A stretch of DNA of 64,000 nt from Leptolyngbyaceae cyanobacterium. Its GTDB lineage: Bacteria; Cyanobacteriota; Cyanobacteriia; Phormidesmidales; Phormidesmidaceae. The stretch lies in contig CBDHHL010000032.1 of NCBI GenBank assembly GCA_965263355.1, positions 1,984,001 to 2,048,000 of the forward strand. Direction: 5' to 3'. Under the pieces are notes generated by a model. The model was not told where the DNA came from. It saw only the letters and a list, made by a program, of their open reading frames with translations, and did not search any database. The position numbers were made by a program, and so were the translations under genes. Positions 1 through 10,735 of this stretch are shown one piece after another. Each line of letters opens with the position of its first letter. The stretch's first letter is position 1.

Positions 1-1692
1 CGTTGCATCGGAGGTAATCGTCAGTTGTCCTTTGTGAGCAGTGACAATGCGCTTAACAATCGCTAGCCCCAAGCCATTGCCATTGGATTTGGTCGTAAAG
101 AATGGTGTGGTAATTTTCTCCAAAATTGAGGGAGGAATTGGTCTACCTCCATTGTTAACCTGGACTGTCAGATAATCGGCTTTGGACGGGTGAGTAATCT
201 CCCAGGTAACCGTTTCACCAGGCGCTACTGCCTCACAGGCATTGGTAATCAGGTTAATAAATACCTGTTTAAGCTTGTCAGAATCCGCCGACACAATGGT
301 GGCAATCGGATTGGCCGTAAACTGAATCACTCGGTCTGCCAATGAGGGATGGGAATCCATGGATGCTAGTAGATCTGTACTCCACTTGTTGAGTTCCAAC
401 GGCTTGAGATCAAGCATTTGTGGTTTTGAGAATAGCAGAATCTCATTTAGCAACCGTTTCAGACGCTCAGCTTCCTCTAAGGCAAGGTTTAACCTTGCTT
501 GGAAACGACTGTCAAGGTTTAGTTTCTGAAAGCTAGTCAGTCCCATAAGAACCGTAGTGAGGGGATTGCGAATCTCATGGACAATCATTGATGCTAACTC
601 CCCTACTTCTGCCAGATGAGAACTAGCTTTTTTAGCCTCAGCTTCAGCCTGTTTGCGTTCGGCGTCCAGGCGTTTGCGCTCGCTAATATCTCGAACCATT
701 GCCAAAATACACTGTCGACCTTCAAATTCAAGCGGAGCAGCTGAGATCTCAGCAGGCAATCTGTCGTTAGACTTTGTTAAACAGGTGAACTCATCCGTCC
801 ATCCTTGGCCATTTCGAAAAACAACATTGGTAAATTCCAGCAGTTTGGGCATTTCATCGGGATGCACCTGGGAAATTTTGACGGAGTGAAGCAGTTCCTG
901 ACGGGAATAGTTCAACAGTTTAGTCGCACGGGGATTGGCCTCTAGAATCTGGTCCTGGGCCGGGTCAATCACAAAGATGGCATCGTTAGACCCTTCAAAA
1001 ATCTTATGAAAGCGCTGTTCAAGGGACATGTGGGCAATACTTTCTATCTGTAACCGAGCGGATACTTTCTGGAGTTCGGTACGATAATGGTCTAATTTTT
1101 GAGTTAGCTGTTGATTTACAGCAATCAGTTTGTCCTGTAACAGCTGTCGTGACTGTCTGAAACTGTTGGCCTCCGAGGAGACTTTAGGGAAGGAATAGCA
1201 GCACTGCTCTAGCTCAATTGCCATCGCTGCCTGGGTTGCCATTAGAGTTAGCACCTGCTGATCCTCGACCTGAAAAGGTTCGATAGCAGGCCGCAAAGCC
1301 ATCAGAATGCCGCCACAACTGCCTCGCGGTGTGATCAAGGGAACCCCACAATAGGACACCATTAAATTGGCTTGGAGAGTACAGCTCCCTATGTTGGGAA
1401 TTTTCTGCTCTACAATATTGTTCGCTAAACGACTCCAATAGTCAGGAGTTTGCATGGAACCTGGCTGTAGCTCTGGACTGACAATAAAGTAATACCCAGC
1501 GTCTTGAATTTGACCAATCATTACCCGACTGGCCCCTAACCCGTGGCGTAATCCTGAAATTAGCTCCTCTAAATAGGCATCTATATGCCCACTTCTATAG
1601 CTCAATGATGTTAGCGCCGCTAACCATCGGGATTGAATTTGATGACCGGGAAGACAGGCAATTTGAACCTGAGACTGATCCATTGAACTCAT
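1..1692 (-). CDS. GAF-PAS sensor histidine kinase (3' end runs off the window; not in the supplied ORF track)
   Basis: Manual minus-strand translation from ATG 1692 (or 1683) is open to position 1. It gives a GAF-like segment (SYCGVPLITPRG), PAS (IFEGSNDAIFVIDP...RDISERK), H-box (MIVHEIRNPL) and G2 box (PFFTTKSNGNGLGLAIVKRIV). Confidence 0.9.
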   Translation of the reverse strand, partial: MSSMDQSQVQIACLPGHQIQSRWLAALTSLSYRSGHIDAYLEELISGLRHGLGASRVMIGQIQDAGYYFIVSPELQPGSMQTPDYWSRLANNIVEQKIPNIGSCTLQANLMVSYCGVPLITPRGSCGGILMALRPAIEPFQVEDQQVLTLMATQAAMAIELEQCCYSFPKVSSEANSFRQSRQLLQDKLIAVNQQLTQKLDHYRTELQKVSARLQIESIAHMSLEQRFHKIFEGSNDAIFVIDPAQDQILEANPRATKLLNYSRQELLHSVKISQVHPDEMPKLLEFTNVVFRNGQGWTDEFTCLTKSNDRLPAEISAAPLEFEGRQCILAMVRDISERKRLDAERKQAEAEAKKASSHLAEVGELASMIVHEIRNPLTTVLMGLTSFQKLNLDSRFQARLNLALEEAERLKRLLNEILLFSKPQMLDLKPLELNKWSTDLLASMDSHPSLADRVIQFTANPIATIVSADSDKLKQVFINLITNACEAVAPGETVTWEITHPSKADYLTVQVNNGGRPIPPSILEKITTPFFTTKSNGNGLGLAIVKRIVTAHKGQLTITSDAT

Positions 1693-1931
1693 GGCGCTAC
1701 TCAGAACGAAAATTCCTGATTAGATTTCCCTGAATTTTAGATGAGTAGCTTCTAAGAATCTATGATTCAAATCAAGTTTGTTAAGAAACTTGAAACTATT
1801 GAGCAAAATGAAAAAATTTGGGTACCTCAGTTTTTGGGCTAGGACAAAGCTCCCGTTGTAGTAGGAAATGCTCTCGTAGCTTTGCAAAGTGGAGCCATAA
1901 AAGAAATGTCTGGTTACAGTCTGGAGATGGC

Positions 1932-4817
1932 TTAAGACTCAACATCTAGCATTTGCAGAATTAAGTCATATCGGAAATCATGGGTAAACGACTTAATTGT
2001 TTCTGCCAGTCCTGATTTGTCAGCAGGTATTTGCTCTAGGAGTTTCAAAATAGTATTGCTATTGAGACATTTAGCAGCAGTTTTTAATTCTTGTTTCCAA
2101 GTATTGGGCATCCCTTGAAGCCGTTGCTGCATCTGAGTATGGCATTCAGTTGTAACGCTGGCGCTCGAGAATTTAGTTGGGATGCTCTCGTCATTATATA
2201 AATATACTAAATCTAGATACTGAGCGACTTTGTGCCAAAGCTCCTCCTCTAAAAATGGTTTGCGAACAAAGTCATCACAACCTGCTGCATATGCCTGATG
2301 TTTTTCATTTTCAAATGTTTGAGCTGTTAAGGCTATCACCACTGGTGTAGGGGATTGAGCTTTGATTAACCGGGTGGCTTCTATGCCATCTATTATGGGT
2401 AGACGCATATCCATAAATACTAAATGGGGAGACCAGTGCTGACAGAGATCAACTGCGGCTTGACCATTATTTGCAGAACGAACATTCAGACCGATACTGG
2501 ACAGCAGTCTGACCATTAGTTGTTGTGTATCGAGATGATCCTCAACAACTAATATTTTGGGTACAGACTGCCCTGGTGCTAACCCTGTAATATACCGGTC
2601 TTTGCGACTATAGCGGGGAATAGTCGCAACGTCTATGGCATTCTTCACTGGAATAGTAAAAGCGAAGGTGCTTCCCTGACCGGGTTGACTTTTGACTGTT
2701 AAACTCCCTCCCATGAGAGATACAAATGATTGACTAATGGGGAGTCCTAAACCAGTTCCTTGACTGCTTTGTTTTCCCAGTTCTGTTTGGATGAAGGGTT
2801 CAAAGAGGTTTGACATATCCTGTTCTGTAATTCCAAGCCCAGTATCAATAACAGAAAAAGAGATATGGTTATTGGAGCCTTTATAGGCAATTTTTAGTAA
2901 AACACTGCCTTGCTTGGTGAACTTAATGCCATTATCAACCAAATTGATAAGGACCTGACGTAGTTTGCTTTCATCGGTGCATACATACTGCGGTAAATCC
3001 TGAGGGTATTCCAATAAAAACTGAATTCCTTTTTTATTGGCTTTGGTATCTAACATCTCTTTTAATGAGTTAAGCAAGTGATGAAGGTCAAAGTCTGTTG
3101 TGTTGAGGCTGTTTTTCCCAGCCTCAATTTTTGACATTTCTAAAATGTCATTGATAAGCATGAGTAAATGTTCTCCACTGCGATTAATAATCGCAAGGGT
3201 ATTTTGTTGCTCGTCTGTGAGTTGTTGGTCTCGACTAAGAAGCTGACTAAATCCTAGAATAGCGTTGAGAGGGGTTCTTAGTTCATGACTCATGCGAGCA
3301 AGAAACTCACTTTTTGATCGGTTTGCTAATTCTGCACCCTCTTTGGCTTGGGCTAGATGTTCCTCTACTTGTTTGCGGGCTGTAATATTTTTTACACAAA
3401 TGAGTGTACAACTCTTCTGGTTAAGTAGCATCAGCTCAGCTGATAGTAAGTAGACTTGCTTAGCCTGATTATCAGTGGCATATTCAACTTCCCAATCGTG
3501 AATTGCTCCCTGCTCTTGCAGTGCTTGTACAAAGGGCAATTTTTGATTGGGACTTTTGAGTCCAAAAAGATCTGTGGCAATGCCACCAATAATGTTTTTT
3601 CTCTCTCTGCCACACACCTTAACCATGGCATCATTAATTTCTATGTAATACCCTTCTGGAAATGTAGTGATGGCCATTGGATCTGTATTGGAATAAAAAG
3701 CCTTCGAAAATTTTTCCTGGGATCGTTGTAGTTCTAATGTACGTTGATTAACTTGGTCTTCGAGAGAAGAATATAGATTTGCGTTTTCTTGGGAAATTTG
3801 TGTGAGCAACGCTGAAAGTTGAGCCAGTTCATCTTCGTAAGGCAGATGTAATGGAGGTATAGGCTGCCCTTGACGGGTTTCTTTAATCGCTACTCCTAAC
3901 TGCTTAAGGGGATTAACTAGACGTTGTTGCGTAAATCTGAAGGTATTCCATACAATCAGTAAAGTAATGACGTTGACTAGTAGAAGTGCAAGCAAAGGGT
4001 AAATGAGTCTTCCTAAGGCTTCTTGAAGTGGTTGTTCGATAATGACATACCAATTTACTTGGCGAAGCGGTTGAGCACTGGCCAAAACCCATTGGTTTCT
4101 TAACCCTCGATAGATAGACAAATCAGTTTGGTGAATTGATTGGGGTGTCTTGCCAATCAGTTGATTAAGACTGGGGGGATTCGTTGATCTGGCCGGCTCT
4201 TGATAATCGATCAGTTTTCCTGTTTCCGTTGTTAGGTAACTATAACCAGTACGTCCAACCTCGATATCAAGGGTGGTGTCCCATAATTCTGTCAGGTCCA
4301 GACGGGCAACTAACATACCAATGGGTAAACCAATATCATCTAAAACAGGAACTACAATTTCGATATAGGGTTGTGAGCCTGAATATTGCAGGTCGCTAAT
4401 GCTAAAATGACCCACTTCGGGAGGCTGTGTAAGCCAAGCTATAGAATAGTTTGCATCTCGATTTGGTTGTCCGAATGCTTGAGCCTGATAAATAATTTGG
4501 CCCTGATTGTTTAGATAAATGAGCTCTTGCAGGGATGGATATCGACTAATAAAATAGCGTAAGTTTGTATTTGGATTTTGGCTAGTATGGAGAGTTTCGC
4601 CAGTACTCAGCAGGCTGCTTTCTAAATCCAGAATAAATAAATCTAAGGTTTCAACAGCGCTATAGTTTAAGTTTTCCAGCTGATGGTGAACCTGGTTAAT
4701 TTGACGTTTTGTCCCTTCTACAAGTGTCCCCCCTAGTCCTAAAAAGGCGATCAGACTAAGTAATAGAACTCGCCGATTGATTTGTTGGTTAAGAGATTGA
4801 GTTTGTTTGGGCAGCAT
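1932..4817 (-). CDS. Membrane hybrid histidine kinase, dCache-HAMP-PAS-HisKA-HATPase-REC
   Basis: Two TM segments around a Cache-like domain (GRTGYSYL, NWYVIIEQP), H-box FLARMSHELRTPLN, NLVDNGIKFT, GTGLGL, REC VVEDH...FMDMRLP...RKP. Confidence 0.93.
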   Translation of the reverse strand: MLPKQTQSLNQQINRRVLLLSLIAFLGLGGTLVEGTKRQINQVHHQLENLNYSAVETLDLFILDLESSLLSTGETLHTSQNPNTNLRYFISRYPSLQELIYLNNQGQIIYQAQAFGQPNRDANYSIAWLTQPPEVGHFSISDLQYSGSQPYIEIVVPVLDDIGLPIGMLVARLDLTELWDTTLDIEVGRTGYSYLTTETGKLIDYQEPARSTNPPSLNQLIGKTPQSIHQTDLSIYRGLRNQWVLASAQPLRQVNWYVIIEQPLQEALGRLIYPLLALLLVNVITLLIVWNTFRFTQQRLVNPLKQLGVAIKETRQGQPIPPLHLPYEDELAQLSALLTQISQENANLYSSLEDQVNQRTLELQRSQEKFSKAFYSNTDPMAITTFPEGYYIEINDAMVKVCGRERKNIIGGIATDLFGLKSPNQKLPFVQALQEQGAIHDWEVEYATDNQAKQVYLLSAELMLLNQKSCTLICVKNITARKQVEEHLAQAKEGAELANRSKSEFLARMSHELRTPLNAILGFSQLLSRDQQLTDEQQNTLAIINRSGEHLLMLINDILEMSKIEAGKNSLNTTDFDLHHLLNSLKEMLDTKANKKGIQFLLEYPQDLPQYVCTDESKLRQVLINLVDNGIKFTKQGSVLLKIAYKGSNNHISFSVIDTGLGITEQDMSNLFEPFIQTELGKQSSQGTGLGLPISQSFVSLMGGSLTVKSQPGQGSTFAFTIPVKNAIDVATIPRYSRKDRYITGLAPGQSVPKILVVEDHLDTQQLMVRLLSSIGLNVRSANNGQAAVDLCQHWSPHLVFMDMRLPIIDGIEATRLIKAQSPTPVVIALTAQTFENEKHQAYAAGCDDFVRKPFLEEELWHKVAQYLDLVYLYNDESIPTKFSSASVTTECHTQMQQRLQGMPNTWKQELKTAAKCLNSNTILKLLEQIPADKSGLAETIKSFTHDFRYDLILQMLDVES

Positions 4818-4839
4818 CGGGCATTATATCGGCTAGCCT

Positions 4840-6042
4840 TTAGGAACTACAGCTCAAATTGCTGGGATTGAAGTCTGTCAGAGGATTACCTATGTTAGCT
4901 GACAGGGTATCTTTTGAGAGGATTTTTGGATTTGGTAAGTAGACTACTTCAGGAAACGTTTCAGCGGTTTCCAAATGACGTACCATTAGCTGCATTGCGG
5001 TTGGGGTGCTGGTATTAGGCAACTGGATAGCCGTGGCAGCCAGAGTTCCTTCTGCAATAGCAGCTCTAGCTAGGGGTATAGCATCGTAGCCAGTAATCAA
5101 AATATTATCACGCTGGGCTATTTGTGTGGCAATAATGGCTCCCATGGCCATGTGGTCACTAGCCGCAATGATGGCATCAATTTGTGGAAATTTATCTAAC
5201 CATTGCTGAGTAACACTCTGAGCTTTTTCGCAGGTCCACAGAGCTGTTTCTGTATCGAGAATGGTAATATTTTGACCTTGCAAACCGGCGATAAAGCCAT
5301 GGCGACGATCGAGGGCATTTTTTTGATACTTGGGTCCCTCTATAAGCAGCACGTTGCCTTTGCCACTGAGTTGCTGTGCTACCCATTGACCAATAGCTTT
5401 ACCGCCTTCAAAGTCATTAAATGTGACCAGTGTAAGGACCTGTTGAGAGTTAATGGGGGTAGCAACAGCAATAACAGCGATATTGGTTGCGATCGCTTTC
5501 TCAATGACAGGTACTAGCTGATTCGAATCCCTAGGACCAATAATAATGCCATCAATATCATCCCGAATAATCAGTTCACTAAGCAGCTGAATTTGTTGAC
5601 GGATACATTCCTCTTCGTTGCTACAATCCTCTTTAACATAGGCCAACTCAGTTTCCACACCAAGATTTTGCCCTGTTTCATAGGCAGTTTGCCACATGTG
5701 GCACCATACAATTTCTGGACAATCTTGTTCTGAAATATTCTCATGCCCCTTAGGGCCGTCCTGACTTACAAAAACAATTTTCCAAGGACGAGTTGCTTGA
5801 ACAACCTTGTCTAAATCGATAACAGCAGTATCAGCCAGACCAGCAGGAGATGGTAATGTCGTATTAACCGTATTTGTGTCAGCTGTTTGAGGGTATCTCT
5901 GGGATGGTTGGCAGCTACTAAGGCACAGCAGACTAAAACATAACAGAACCAGCCTTATGTTTAGACGGCTAGGCCATAGTGACTGAATAAATCGTTGCTG
6001 ATAGTTCAATTCAACCCCTGCTCCCTTGCCCTCTGGATACAT
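4840..6042 (-). CDS. RbsB-like periplasmic sugar-binding lipoprotein (no ABC permease adjacent)
   Basis: Lipobox-like LCLSSC and Peripla_BP features (IDGIIIGP, EGGKAIGQW, DRRHGF, ASDHMAMGA, ITGYDA). The true start may be downstream of the listed ATG. Confidence 0.85.
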   Translation of the reverse strand: MYPEGKGAGVELNYQQRFIQSLWPSRLNIRLVLLCFSLLCLSSCQPSQRYPQTADTNTVNTTLPSPAGLADTAVIDLDKVVQATRPWKIVFVSQDGPKGHENISEQDCPEIVWCHMWQTAYETGQNLGVETELAYVKEDCSNEEECIRQQIQLLSELIIRDDIDGIIIGPRDSNQLVPVIEKAIATNIAVIAVATPINSQQVLTLVTFNDFEGGKAIGQWVAQQLSGKGNVLLIEGPKYQKNALDRRHGFIAGLQGQNITILDTETALWTCEKAQSVTQQWLDKFPQIDAIIAASDHMAMGAIIATQIAQRDNILITGYDAIPLARAAIAEGTLAATAIQLPNTSTPTAMQLMVRHLETAETFPEVVYLPNPKILSKDTLSANIGNPLTDFNPSNLSCSS

Positions 6043-6116
6043 AATTATTCCCGTTGCATCACCCTACGTGAACTCAATATGGAGTAACATCAATCAGGAC
6101 TGTAATGCTGGCCTTA

Positions 6117-8045
6117 TCAAGCTCCAAGTCTATCTGGGGAGCGCTCCAGCAGATCGCTAGCTGCCTGACTATCCAATGGCTTAGAAAACCAATGCCCCTG
6201 TCCATAGATACAACCAAGGGTAGATAATTTTTGTGCCTGGGTGGCCGTTTCAATGCCTTCGGCAATAACATCAAGCTTTAAGGCTTGGGCCAGATTCAGA
6301 ATAGCTTTCAAAATCTGAAAACTATCAGCATTGATTTCCATATCCTGAATGAACGTACGATCAATTTTTAAAGTGTCAATGGGAAGCTGTTTTAGATAGT
6401 TTAGAGACGAGTATCCTGTCCCAAAATCGTCAATACTGACTTGTAACCCCTGTGCTCTAAGCTCTTCCAACATGCTTAAAACAAGCTGTGGCGTTTTCAT
6501 TAAGATACTTTCAGTAATTTCTAATTTAATCCACTCGGGGGATACCTGCGTAGATTGCAAGACATTATAAATCTTGTGTAAGCATTGATTGCAGTTTAAC
6601 TGCTGTATCGAGAAGTTTATACTCAAACAGAGGGCTTTTTCTGGCGGACGCTGTTGATTCCATTGACGAAGTTGCTGACAAGCCGTTTGAAATACCCAAT
6701 CTCCCAGCCGGGTAATGAGACCGGTTTCTTCTGCCAAAGGAATAAAGATATCTGGTGATATAAATCCTGATATAGGGTCTGGCTGCCATCGGGCAAGGGC
6801 TTCGTACCCTACAATAGATGCACTTGAAGCATCGGGATATAATGACACAATGGGCTGGTAGTAAACCTGCAACTGATTTTGTTCTATTGTCTGACGTAAT
6901 TGGCCTTCTAGTTCAAGGTTTTGTAATGCTTGTTGATGCATGGCGGGCTGAAACAGCTGTCGACTCCCTCGCTGATTTTGTTTAGCCTGAACCATCGCTA
7001 ACTCAGCATCCCGCAGTAGATATTCAGCTTTTGCAGCCTTAGACTCTGCGACCACCATACCAATGGTAGGATTAATACTAATTTCCAGGTTATCGAGACG
7101 GACAGGGGCCGATAACTGATGATGAAGGGGCTCTACCAGCGTATTAAGACTATTGCCCTGCTCTTGATAGATCAGAGCAATAGCAAATTTGTCACCACCT
7201 AGCCGAGCAACAAAGCTGTCTTGGGGCACTGTTGCTATGATGTGATTAGCGATCTCTATCAGCATGCGATCTCCCCGTCCGTGCCCCAACGTGTTACTAA
7301 TGGTTTTGATGCGATCGCAATCTAACAGTAACAATAAGCACCTCAAATTCGCTGAATTTCCTAGTTTTTGTACGGTTTCTTCCAAATATTTCAACAATAG
7401 GGGACGATTAGCTAAGCCCGTCAATGGATCGTAGGTAGCCATATGCAGTAGCCTAGCCTGGATTTGTTGCCGCTCTTGCATCTCCTGCTTGAGCTTCTCA
7501 TTAGCAGTTTGCAATTGTTGTGTGCGCTCTAACACTCGTTGTTCTAACTCTTGATTGAGTTGACGAACTTGGCTTTCTACCTGTTTTTGATGTTGAAGCG
7601 TATCCTTAAGCTGTTGATTTTGAGTTTTAAGTTGATGTTTGAGAGCCTGGAGTTCCAACTGTAGATAAATCCTGGCCAGCACTTCTGCAATGGTAAATGG
7701 TTTGGTGATATAGTCTACTCCACCTAGTTCAAAGGCTTTGACCTTATCTAGAACATCATCTAACGCGCTAATAAAAATAATTGGAATATCATTGGTTTTA
7801 GCGTCACTTTTAAGGTGATTACAAACTTCAAACCCATCCATATCAGGCATGCTGATATCTAACAAAATCAGATCAGGTGGATCTGATTCAATTCCCATAA
7901 TGGCTAAGGGACCACTAATTGCACTTCGAACATCAAATCCCTCTCGTGTTAACGTTGTAGACAATAGGCGTAAGTTATCAGGTAGGTCATCTACAATCAA
8001 GATTTTTGATTTAGCAAAGGACTGGACCTGAAACATGGGTTGCAT
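6117..8045 (-). CDS. REC-coiled coil-degenerate GGDEF-EAL protein (probable c-di-GMP phosphodiesterase)
   Basis: REC IVDD...LLDISMP...TKP. GGDEF site reads GGDKF. EAL motifs intact (YEALARW, LEITES, DDFGTGYSSL, KIDRTF, AEGIET). Confidence 0.92.
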   Translation of the reverse strand: MQPMFQVQSFAKSKILIVDDLPDNLRLLSTTLTREGFDVRSAISGPLAIMGIESDPPDLILLDISMPDMDGFEVCNHLKSDAKTNDIPIIFISALDDVLDKVKAFELGGVDYITKPFTIAEVLARIYLQLELQALKHQLKTQNQQLKDTLQHQKQVESQVRQLNQELEQRVLERTQQLQTANEKLKQEMQERQQIQARLLHMATYDPLTGLANRPLLLKYLEETVQKLGNSANLRCLLLLLDCDRIKTISNTLGHGRGDRMLIEIANHIIATVPQDSFVARLGGDKFAIALIYQEQGNSLNTLVEPLHHQLSAPVRLDNLEISINPTIGMVVAESKAAKAEYLLRDAELAMVQAKQNQRGSRQLFQPAMHQQALQNLELEGQLRQTIEQNQLQVYYQPIVSLYPDASSASIVGYEALARWQPDPISGFISPDIFIPLAEETGLITRLGDWVFQTACQQLRQWNQQRPPEKALCLSINFSIQQLNCNQCLHKIYNVLQSTQVSPEWIKLEITESILMKTPQLVLSMLEELRAQGLQVSIDDFGTGYSSLNYLKQLPIDTLKIDRTFIQDMEINADSFQILKAILNLAQALKLDVIAEGIETATQAQKLSTLGCIYGQGHWFSKPLDSQAASDLLERSPDRLGA

Positions 8046-8284
8046 TGCCTTATTTAGGATCTATATACAGATACATAGATATATTTCTATAAGGGCTTCC
8101 CAAATAGTGAGTTTTCTGTGATAAATGTCTGAAATACTTGAAAATTAAGCAAATCATCACATTTCTATGCAGCATTGATCATATAGCACAAGACGTCTTC
8201 ACTAAAGCTATCCCTATATATTACTTATTGAAATTATATCGCTTTAGAAACTTCATACTATGAAGGTCAGGATTTTTCAGGAAT

Positions 8285-8352
8285 TGGCGTGAAATGCAAT
8301 GAATTTGACGCCTTATGTTATTACCTAAAGAAAATTTAGCCTCTATGTTGTT
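8285..8352 (+). promoter_or_regulatory. Putative AraC-family operator/promoter, copy 1
   Basis: TGGCGTGAAATGCAATGAATT-TGACGCCTTATGTTATT is a 21-bp-period imperfect direct repeat followed by a TATGTT -10-like hexamer. A near-identical copy lies at 10595-10662 and an AraC gene at 11954. Confidence 0.6.
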
Positions 8353-8435
8353 CTCTACGGAGGTTGGGATTGTAAGAAAGCATCCTATTGACTTCCAGTA
8401 TAAAATTTCTAACCTTGACAGCATAGATAATCAGC

Positions 8436-9266
8436 ATGGATAGCGTTAACGAAAAAGTCATCTTAATTACAGGTGCATCTTCGGGGATGGGTCTGGAAAC
8501 TGCCAAGCTACTTGCCCAACAAGGCGACAAAGTGTATGCCGGAGCCAGGCGAGTCGAGCGCATGGAGTCACTAAAACCTTTGGGGATTATTCCAGTGCAG
8601 ATGGATGTTACGAAATCGGAGAATAACCAGCAGGTTGTTGACCAGATCATTGCCAACGAAGGTCGAATTGATGTGTTGATCAATAATGCCGGGTTCGGTC
8701 TGTATGGTCCGGTGGAAGATGTGTCTTTAGGTGATGCACGATACCAGTTTGAGGTGAACTTGTTTGGATTGGCTCATCTGACTCAGCTCGTACTGCCCTA
8801 TATGCGGCAGCAAAAATCTGGCCGGATTATCAATACCTCTTCCATGGGTGGAAAAATCTACACGCCTCTGGGTGCTTGGTATCACGCTACAAAACATGCA
8901 TTAGAAGGCTGGACCGACTGCCTGCGTATTGAGACGAAACCGTTTAATATTCAGGTTGTCTTAATTGAACCGGGTGGCGTCAAAACAGAATTTGGCGATG
9001 TCGTAGGCAAACAGTTGAAAAAACATTATGACTCTAGCGCCTATCAAAAACAGATGGATCCTTTCATTAAGTTAATGGAGGATCCAAATGGTATGGATTT
9101 TGGTACGGACCCCATCGTCCTGGCCAGAGTGTTTGTCGAAGCCGTCAACGCTAAGAATCCGAAGCGCAGATATGTCAAAGGGGCTATGGCTAAACCCTTA
9201 ATGTTTGTTAGGAAGTGGTTTGGTGATGGGGTTTACGAGTTTATGCTTGGTCGAGCGTTTAGCTAG
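8436..9266 (+). CDS. Classical short-chain dehydrogenase/reductase
   Basis: TGASSGMG, NNAG, SSMGG and catalytic YHATK. Confidence 0.93.
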   Translation: MDSVNEKVILITGASSGMGLETAKLLAQQGDKVYAGARRVERMESLKPLGIIPVQMDVTKSENNQQVVDQIIANEGRIDVLINNAGFGLYGPVEDVSLGDARYQFEVNLFGLAHLTQLVLPYMRQQKSGRIINTSSMGGKIYTPLGAWYHATKHALEGWTDCLRIETKPFNIQVVLIEPGGVKTEFGDVVGKQLKKHYDSSAYQKQMDPFIKLMEDPNGMDFGTDPIVLARVFVEAVNAKNPKRRYVKGAMAKPLMFVRKWFGDGVYEFMLGRAFS

Positions 9267-9393
9267 TTTATGCTTGGCCAACCAAAAGCCAGATTGTAGG
9301 TGAATCATACCCTGTCCAAAAATATCGCCATTTATGGCACTGCACCCACCTGGATGAACTTGACAAAGCTGATGGCTGGAGCTGTAGAGGTGG

Positions 9394-10521
9394 GTGCCAA
9401 AAGAAGGATTTTTAGTCGATTTCTTTCGATACATGGCTTCAGATGTAACGAATGACATCGGCTTACCGATTGGATTGCTGATTGTTCGGGTCGACTTAAC
9501 TGAGCTATGGAATACGACCCTAGATATTAAAGCAGGCACAACAGGCTATGCCTACTTAACCAATCAAGAAGGGCAACTTATTGCCTACCGTGATCGAAAC
9601 CTGACCCTGGAAGGCAACACCCCTATGACTTAGGTGAGAGGTCTATAAGATGAACGTGTTCAAAATTATCATTTATGTGATTGCTCTGTTTTCTTGTTAG
9701 TGATACTGGTGCGGGTATTGCACAGGAGGAATTAGAGCATCTGTTTGAAGCATTTTCACAGACGGATACAGGCCTAAAAAGTCAACAGGGTAGTGGTCTT
9801 GGGCTGTACATTAGCCGTTGTTATATCCAACTCATGGGTGGGGACTTAAACGTAACAGTATTGTGGGTGAAGGCAGTCAATTTCAGTTTGACATTCAAGT
9901 TGAAGTTTTGCCATCCAAAGCTGCTTCCGCCCCAAAACACCAAGCCCGAGAAATTGTTGGTATTGCCGGACCTGAATCGAGTTATCGGATGTTAGTGGTG
10001 GATGATCAGTATGAAAGCCGAGAATTACTCAAACAGTTACTCTCTTCTGTGGGGTTTGAGGTCGCCGAAGCCGATAGCGGTGAAGCATTGCACTAACTGC
10101 CAATGTTTTTGAGGAAGATAAGGCAAAAGCATTGGCTATGGGCTGTGATGATTTTTTGAGCAAACCGTTTCAACGCCAAGTTCTCTTGGAGAGAGCAGCT
10201 TATTATCTTAATTTACAATACCGATATCTAGAGTCTGGTCATTCTTCTACAAGCAATAATGCTCCTGAATCAAGCAACACTTGCATGGCTAAGACCAAGC
10301 AAACAATTAAGGAACAATTAGACTCGATGCCAGAAAAATGGCTATCAACGCTCCAACAAAATGTTAAAGCCTTAAATGCCGACAAAATTTCGAACTGTAT
10401 ACACGCTATTCCAGAAGAGTGTGCTACGCTCAAGCAGAAATTAATGGACCTTGCTGAAGAGTTTCGCTACGATATCATATTGGAATTATTAGGTGTGATA
10501 GAGCGCCCCCCATCAGAGTAG
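9394..10521 (+). pseudogene. Fragmented hybrid histidine kinase remnant (Cache, HATPase, REC, C-tail pieces)
   Basis: Four short ORFs in colinear order match the 1932-4817 kinase: NDIGLPIGLLIVRVDLTELW, DTGAGI...GSGLGL, MLVVDD, GCDDFLSKPF...FRYDII. HAMP/PAS/HisKA are missing; stops and frameshifts separate the pieces. Confidence 0.85.
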
Positions 10522-10594
10522 TTAGGCGTTATCAGACGGCGTAGATTACGGTTGAAGAGCAGAAAACAACTGTTAACCAGGGTTCTTTAGAAGA

Positions 10595-10662
10595 TGGCGT
10601 GAAATGCAATGATTTTGACGCTCTATGTCATTACCCAAACAAGATTTAGTCGCTATGCTGTT
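10595..10662 (+). promoter_or_regulatory. Putative AraC-family operator/promoter, copy 2
   Basis: TGGCGTGAAATGCAATGATTT-TGACGCTCTATGTCATT...TATGCT, colinear with 8285-8352. Confidence 0.6.
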
Positions 10663-10735
10663 GTTTGAAGCCAATCGCTGGGTGAATTTTACGGCGTGAA
10701 TTTAAGCGAAAGTCATATCGTTAAGGAGCATATCC

